The notes under the pieces were generated by a model that worked only from the letters and a program-made list of their open reading frames with translations, was not told the DNA's origin and did not search any database. Positions 57,464 through 64,000 of a stretch of DNA of 64,000 nt are shown here, one piece after another. This DNA comes from Amoebidium appalachense (taxonomy: Eukaryota > Protista > Ichthyosporea). How positions within the stretch are numbered: position 1 is the stretch's first letter; each line of letters starts with the position of its first letter. A program made the translations under genes and the position numbers. The DNA is taken from positions 11,349,355 to 11,413,354 of the forward strand of contig CAVNZM010000006.1 of assembly GCA_963693365.1 (NCBI GenBank), given 5' to 3'.

Positions 57464-59070
57464 ACCACCACCACCACCACCACCAATCACCCCCTCCTTT
57501 GATAGCCACCCGACACCCAGCATAACACAACTGGAACACTGGCCCATGTGGTCAGCCACCCCCCCCCCCCCCCCCCCCCCTCCCCTCCCCCTCCCCTCTC
57601 CTCTGGGGGGCCCACAATCTTTCTATATCTGGCATAAGCACATAAGCACTGGGGCAAAAAGCAGGTGGGATACACACCTGACAGGTTTGGCCTATCGACC
57701 ACGGCCGAGTAGACCTGCAGGGACGCATATGCATCAAGGGCAGCGTAGGTGGCCTGCACCTCTGATAGCGGCTCGTGCCAGTTGGAGCATCGAACAAGTG
57801 CCGGCTTGGGCAGCTTCTTGCCTATGACCTGGGCAGTGATGTCGGCCAAGCCCCGGGCCGCAGAGGTGATAGCTGCACGGGCATAGCAGAACCGGCCCAG
57901 CTCCAGATAGCTGGCCACAGGGGTGCCGTAGTCCTTGTTGAGGTGGGCCGAGTCCGTGCCGATCTGCTTGCCCACCTTGATGATGCTGGGGTCCCTAAGC
58001 AGCGCAATCAGCTCGTCCACCAGCCGCGCGGGCGGGCTGTGGTTGGGGCCCATGCGTGCCAAGTGGAAGATGTACACGGCCCGTGCGGTGGCAATCTGCA
58101 GCGTGCAAACCTTGGACCGCGCCTGGCCCACCCGATAGACCCACTCGCAGTCCAGCCCCACCACGCGGTGCTGCTGCCCCTCCAGGTCGGCACGAATGGC
58201 CGCTGTAGCCACCACCGCCCCCTGGCAGTCGGTGTACACCGGCTTAGGGTAGTTGGCCGGCAGCTCCAGCCCAGGCAGACCGTCCGTCACGCTTACCAGC
58301 GCAGCCTCGTTCAGACGGACGGGGCATTTTGGCCGGGCTAGGGTTGGAAACATGCGCTCAACAAACGCCCGGTCTTGGCAGCACCGATCTGTGTAGAAGA
58401 AGGCCGGGCCCTTGCTGTTGAGCGCCGCCGTGGTGGCAGAGATGCGCTGGATCACGGGCTCAATCTCCTGGTGGCTGCAGTCCCGTGTAAATACCTGCGC
58501 CCGGATCTCTGGGGTGCCGCACTGTGTGAGAGGGCATCTCCGAGCAGCCATGCATGTTCTAGCTTCCCTTACCACATGGCCCTTCACGAGACTTCAGTGC
58601 CCACACAATCCTTTCCCCCTCCCTCCCCCCAAACCCATGTGCCCACATACTTTCCCCTCCCTCTCCCCCAAAACCCTTCCCCCGCCTTCCCCCCAAACCC
58701 ATGTGCCCACATACTTTCCCCAGGCCTCCCTTTCCCCCAAAATCTTCCCCCCCCCCTCCCCCCTAAACCCATGTACCTACAATCCTTCCCCCTTCCTCCC
58801 CCTAAACCCTTGTGATCACAATCCTTTCCCCCTCTCTGCCTTCCCCCCAAACCCATGTGCCCACGATCCTTCCCCACTCCCCCTCCCCCCAAACCATGGG
58901 ACAGCCCTCCATATGGCACCTACTGTCCCCCCCCCCCCCCCCCCACCCCACCCCGGGCCTCTTGCCCTCTCTACCTTCAACCCCGACGGTGGTGTCTCTC
59001 CCCCCCCCCCCCCCCCCCCTGCATCCCTTGCAATCACTGGCCCCTACTCCCATTCTGCTTGGCAGAAGCT

Positions 59071-59133
<63 letters not shown>

Positions 59134-59368
59134 ATTCCCCGCCAAAAGAAAGCTCCACCCCAGCCCACCCCAATCTCTACCCAGCAAAAACACATACACA
59201 CATATCTGGAGCTTCCTAGTTTTTGCTCGACAGGGCAAGAATTGTCCCCAAAACCCACATACTACAAACCTCTACTCACAGTGTGCCACCTCATTAAATG
59301 TGGAGCCTAAGAGATTTAAAGGCCCTAGAGGGGGGAGGGGGGGGGGGGGGGGGGAGGGGGGCGTGTGT

Positions 59369-59399
<31 letters not shown>

Positions 59400-60054
59400 T
59401 GTGTGGGGGGGGGGGAGGGGGGGGGGAGGAGGGGGCCTGGGGGAGAGTGGGGGGAGGGGGGAGAAGAGGAGGGACCACACACCGCCAAGCTCGTTTACAC
59501 AAGTCCATAGGCCTCGGTACAGAGGCTCCCCATTGATGCCGGTGAGCTTCCCAATTTGGAAGGTGTGGTCGGCCTTGAGCACGTTGTTTACGGGCTTGAG
59601 CTGCGTGTCCAGGCTCTGGTACTTTGCCGTGCGGTCGCTGAACTCAGTATACACGGCACTCAGGTATTTGCCTGAACCCCAAGTACTGTTAGAACTCCAC
59701 CACCCTCCCATCAGGACCATCCCCCCCATTCCCTCTAGTCCCTCGTGTTCATCTCACCTCTCTGTATTTTCGTAAGTCTGTATGGCTTTTCCCATCTCAA
59801 AAACGCTACACACCCATCTCCGGCCGTTTGCCCCCCCCCCCCCCCCCCCTCCCCCCCCCCCCCCCCCTCCCCCCGCCTCCCGGCGCGCGCAAACCCTCCA
59901 AGTCATTGCACCAACTTTCACCTTCTTTCCCCTTTGTGCCCCATCTGCAGTTTGTCCCCTGCACGTCCGTTTGCCCTTCCCCCCACACCCTCCTGCCACT
60001 ACTATAATAACCATTAAGTACCGCCACCAAGATCCAGTCTACCACCATGTGCCC

Positions 60055-60088
<34 letters not shown>

Positions 60089-60350
60089 CTCTCCACCTCC
60101 TTTCCCCCAACACACACAGACACACATGCGCACACCCACCATCTAATTTCAGGCATAACAGTTCTCCACGATTTCCCAAGCACACTCACTGGTACATGGA
60201 CCGTTATGCTTTCACCCCTCTGATGATCCCTCTGCCCTCCCCCCCCCCCCCCCCCCCCCCCCCCCCACCACCACCACCACCACCACCACCATGACTGATT
60301 GCCACCACCACCACCTAATCCATCACCATCTCCCCCCTCCCCCTCCCCCC

Positions 60351-60381
<31 letters not shown>

Positions 60382-61774
60382 ACACGGACCCACAAGTACA
60401 CGCACACTCACAGGCGCACATCCACCACCACACATCCACCACCACCATAATAGAAACTTATTGACCACACTTCCAAAACCCATTTCCAAGTCCCCCCCCC
60501 CCCTAAAAAAAAAATAAAAAATAATAAAACAAAACCCTACCAAGCCAACCCAAAAAATGCCCAAGCACGTGCATACAAAACAATGGGGACCATTTACACA
60601 CCCAAAATGCAGTGCACACTTGCCTGAAGGCACATGTCCAGCGTAACCATTTTTGTCACCAAACGCCGAGAACTTAGCCGCCTGCTCCTCTGGGGGAAGT
60701 TCTGTCAGGCGCTGGTCGTGGGGGCGGAAATCGTTACGCTTTTTGAGTTCATACTTGGTCCAATGCAGCGCCCTCGAGTAATACAGGAGCCGCTGCTCGT
60801 CGTATCGCTGCTTGTGGAGCTCCGAGAGGAGGGTGGCAAAGGCGTTTGGGCCCACACCTTTGTCTGCCAGTGCACGCAACAATGTTACCACCTTTAGGTC
60901 GAGCCCACTGCGGTGGCTAAGGTAGGCCGGAAACTGATCACGCATGAAGAGTGGAAGGCGTTTAATTGTCTGGGGGTTTGTGCCGGCAAAGTTTTTTTTG
61001 CATGTGTCACAAAAGTACCGGGCCGTGATAATGTAGTAGCAGCTGTCAAAGTCGATAACACGCCGTCCTACGGGGTTGCTCATGAACCCATTGCGAGAAG
61101 TACGGTGTGGGTTGGGGTGGTTGTGGGGGTCCACGTAGTGATCATCGAAGGGGCACGGCACCATGAAACCGGGAGACAACCTTTCCGGAAGCCAGGCAAA
61201 ACATCTGGGTTTGTAGAAAGGCGCTGGATCGCCCCCAAATTTAAAGCCTATAATGGGAGGTGGAAGATGCCACCCCACAGGCGTCTTCTCATCTTTGAGA
61301 CTCTCTTTCACTGTGTGCAGGTGCGACTTGATTGTTTCGCCCGCCGCGTCAGAAAACTCCTCTCCACCGTCATCCCCGTCCGTATTATCTTCTCCCTCTT
61401 CCTCCCCTTCATCCTCGTCTACCCGGTACGCATCTGCTGCTGCATTTAGCAAAGGTTCCTCGTCGGGTTGCACCTGTATGTCTGGTGGGTGTGGAGCAGG
61501 GGCCCGATCCATTTCTCTTGGTAACGAATGGACGCTACCTGCCTCAACTACACGGGCCCTTATGTCGGCGGCCTTAGATAGAGGGGGCTGTTCGGGTTGT
61601 ACGTTTACGTTTAGTTCCTGCAAAACAGCTTTGTTTGCCGTCCCAAAACCTGCAAAGTTCGCTAAAGGCTGAACAAATGCAGCATCTTTTTTTTTTGCGC
61701 CCAGCTCCCTCCCTAGCTCCGCCTGTTTTATGCCCAGGGCGCTGTGTTGTGCCCTTAGGGCAGCCTGGCTTCAT
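53928..61774 (-). CDS. Dada-type DDE transposase (~1538 aa, 6 exons) with DUF6729-like N-terminal region, internal DEDDy/WRN-like 3'-5' exonuclease and C-terminal CCCC finger
   Basis: Exons 61774-60624, 59671-59483, 58508-57678, 57235-56595, 56134-55928 and 55526-53928. Catalytic candidates: LKADHTF (D), FYTDRCC (D), LNDAFH (DxxH), RCIRGTNEVEG (E); also GCLSDPPG. Exonuclease: VGLDCEW, IGTD, YAALDAY. Finger: CKTC..GCPG..SC. One extra base in the T10 run at 61687-61696 separates the N-terminal GGAREGAGRKKK segment from the main frame. Confidence 0.85.
58605..58900. repeat. Degenerate ~40-bp C-rich minisatellite in transposase intron 2
   Basis: Repeated ccc(c/t)aaaccc(a/t)tgtgcccaca..(c/t)ttccc units. 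Confidence 0.7.
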
Positions 61775-63145
61775 TTTAAACACTTGGGGCCTGGCCCCCT
61801 GCCCCCCTAGTGCGACTACGTTACCGCAAACATTCCCGTATTCCAGTGTGCTCGGCAATGCTGCTCATGGCCTTCCCGGACTGGTTGTGACCAGTAAAGA
61901 GCGCGCCAATTCCTGACCGCCGCCTACAGCAGTGTATGATCTGTTATCCATATTCGGCAAAAGGGGTCTTGCCCAACCAATGGCTTGAATCCTTGTAACT
62001 TTGCTTTATCCATATAAGGTTAGCTGAACACCCCCCCCTCCAATCATACCCCCCCCTTCTCTCTAGTAGTAGCTCCTGGCATGCCGCACCCCCAATCCAG
62101 CCAATCCAGGGGTTTACACACTTTTTCCGGCCGTGGCCCACCCACAGACCGTCCGTGTACACGCACACCACACACGCGTGTTTATACGTGCGTGCGGTGT
62201 GTATGAACTGAGTTATGAGGCAGTATTAGCTAGGGCCGGCCTGACCTTTAGTTCAGTAAACCAGCTGAGTTCAATCATGAGCAGGATTAGGAGTGTATTC
62301 GGTCAAGTTATCAGTAGTACTTCTGGGGTGGCACAAAACATGCCCACGCAGACGAGGGTCGGAGGTCTTCTTTATTTTTGCTCCAGGCCACAGTGGGTCG
62401 ACCTACCATACAGCTGAGTGTGTATGTACACTGGTGCCACGGTTAATATCTTTGGCCGTTTGCGTTAAAAACAAGTACAGCGCTCTGTTTGCTCCTTCTA
62501 GCTTTCTGAAAGTCTCTAACCTCCCCCCCCCCTCCCCCCAACCTCCCTGGCCCCCTGGCACCTCTCTGTCGTGCTTCTACACAACAACCTCATTACATAA
62601 CAGGGGAAATAACTGGCACAGTCTGCTTTACACCTTGCTCAGGTGGTTCCTAGAGTTGGTTGTGTCTAAGATTACTGAGGTCATACAGGCAAGTGCCTGG
62701 TGGACTGCAATAAAGATCAAAGTTTGTAGCGGGGTGAGTTTTCGACTGTTAAAAGGTGAAGACAAAAGTTTGGGAGTTGTGGGAGTATCCCTTCCCCCCC
62801 CCCCCCCCCCCCCCCCCAAGGCAGACGCAAGAAAATTGGCTAACAAACAAAAACAGGAAAAAAAACCACGGAAAGAGGAACCAGGGAACGAGAGGGGGGG
62901 AGGGGGGGGGTACAAGAAGGAAAAAAACTTGGGCAGGCCTGGGCTGCAGGAGAGGGGGAGGAGGGGGGGGGGGGGGGGGGGGGTTGGGGAGAAAGGAGGG
63001 GAGGGCTGGAGGTATACGGGTGCCCGACCCAACGCTACTTTCTTTCTGCTCTTTCTGAGATATGAACGTTTTTGGTGTATGGGTGGCCAGATTGGTGGCT
63101 AAGTGAATGGTGGTGGTGGTGGTTGGTGTTTTTTTTTTTTTTTTT

Positions 63146-63194
<49 letters not shown>

Positions 63195-63207
63195 GCGGCT
63201 GGGCTGA

Positions 63208-64000
63208 TCACAACAGGCGCACGAGACGGTCGCCTGGGCGGGTGGCAGCCGGCAGGCTCAACGACTCCACAAGGCCCCAGTCCCGCAGGCGGGCCAACAC
63301 ACCCACCACGTCCACACCGCCCAGCTCACTCTCCAGCTGGCTCACGGCACACTGCACACAGCGCCAAGTATCAATATGTGAAAACGTGGTCAGCATGCCC
63401 ATGGCTGTCCTACTGTGTGCCTGTATCTTCTTCTTCTTCTTCTTCTTTTTTTCGGCGGGGGGGGGGGGGGAGGGGGGGAGGGGCAGAGGGGGAGGGGGGA
63501 TAGGTGTGTGCGTTTGCGCGTGTGCTCTTCCTGGATGCATGTGGGCCTATGGACGTGTGGGCTGAATTCGGCGTGCGTGTGTGTTTCGTGTCTGTGTGTT
63601 CGCAACCACATCACCTCTTGAAGTAGCATTTTAAACTCTAAAACTGTACGTCCTGATTCATGGCTGATTGTGTATCATCGTGTGTGTGTGCACAGATAAA
63701 TGTGGCTTAAATCGTTTATGGTTGTGTGTGGGTTTGGTGGTTGTATTCTCGTATGCGTGCACGGACACGCACGCACACACACACACACCGACATATGTAC
63801 ATTGTGTGTGTTTATGTGTATGTGCCTGCGTGCCGTGTGCCTGTGTTGAGGGGGTGGTTATTGGTTGGGGCGGGGTAAGGGGGAGGGAGGGGAGGGGGAG
63901 GGGTAGGGCACCTCGTTCTGAGCAAGCAGCAGCAGCACCTGGGCCATGGGGTCCGGGCTGGGCCTGTTGGCTGCCTGCCCCACAGCCTCCCACATGGCCT
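63208..64000 (-). CDS. Last two exons of an unidentified gene entering from beyond the window
   Basis: 64000-63912 (AMWEAVGQAANRPSPDPMAQVLLLLAQNE|GT) and 63351-63208 (AG|CAVSQLESELGGVDVVGVLARLRDWGLVESLS...stop); phase-0 junction, host-like GC3-rich codons. The C-terminus is vaguely winged-helix-like. Confidence 0.55.

Larger units (their letters stand above)
53510..62200 (-). mobile_element. Dada-like DNA transposon (boundaries uncertain)
   Basis: Contains the transposase CDS below. No long TIRs seen, consistent with Dada. Ends are guessed from the (CA)n junction at 53510 and a hairpin-like CA/TG segment near 62164-62201. Confidence 0.6.

Noticed and set aside
62215-62290. Possible tRNA fragment as Dada target (TAGCTAGG ... 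GAGTTCAATC)
   Set aside because: Cannot be folded into a cloverleaf; box motifs are only partial.
53510-62300. Terminal inverted repeats or a clear 6-7-bp TSD for the transposon
   Set aside because: Only 5-6-bp chance-level matches were found by eye, so the ends remain undefined.
62293-63102. 269-aa plus-strand ORF
   Set aside because: Non-ATG start, crosses homopolymer tracts, no recognisable domain.

Overview
Eukaryotic, GC-rich, intron-dense genomic window. Introns are packed with poly-G/poly-C, (GT)n/(CA)n and (CT)n tracts, so almost all ORFs in the six-frame track are artefacts. Manual exon chaining gives, in order: the 5' end of a CDK5RAP1/MiaB-type gene (-), TIP41/TIPRL (-), a bacterial-like P2-type cation ATPase (+), an 18-exon type-II membrane protein with POMP-like beta-helix repeats (-), a secreted, probably GPI-anchored proteinase-K-family subtilase (+) and a full p300/CBP acetyltransferase (-; TAZ1-KIX-bromo-RING/PHD-HAT-ZZ-TAZ2). 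A mobile-element block follows (about 48.2-62 kb): a 5'-truncated non-LTR reverse transcriptase ending on (CA)n, a possible decayed MULE fragment, and a spliced ~1540-aa Dada-like DDE transposase with an embedded DEDDy 3'-5' exonuclease. The last exons of an unidentified gene close the window. The KIX plus bromodomain CBP suggests a unicellular holozoan such as an ichthyosporean (inference). The most notable observations are the spliced Dada-like element beside a (CA)n tract with no recognisable small-RNA target, the one-coil-per-phase-0-exon beta-helix gene, and the microsatellite and branch-point intron architecture. All gene models were read by eye and have no transcript support; homopolymer-length assembly errors are likely.
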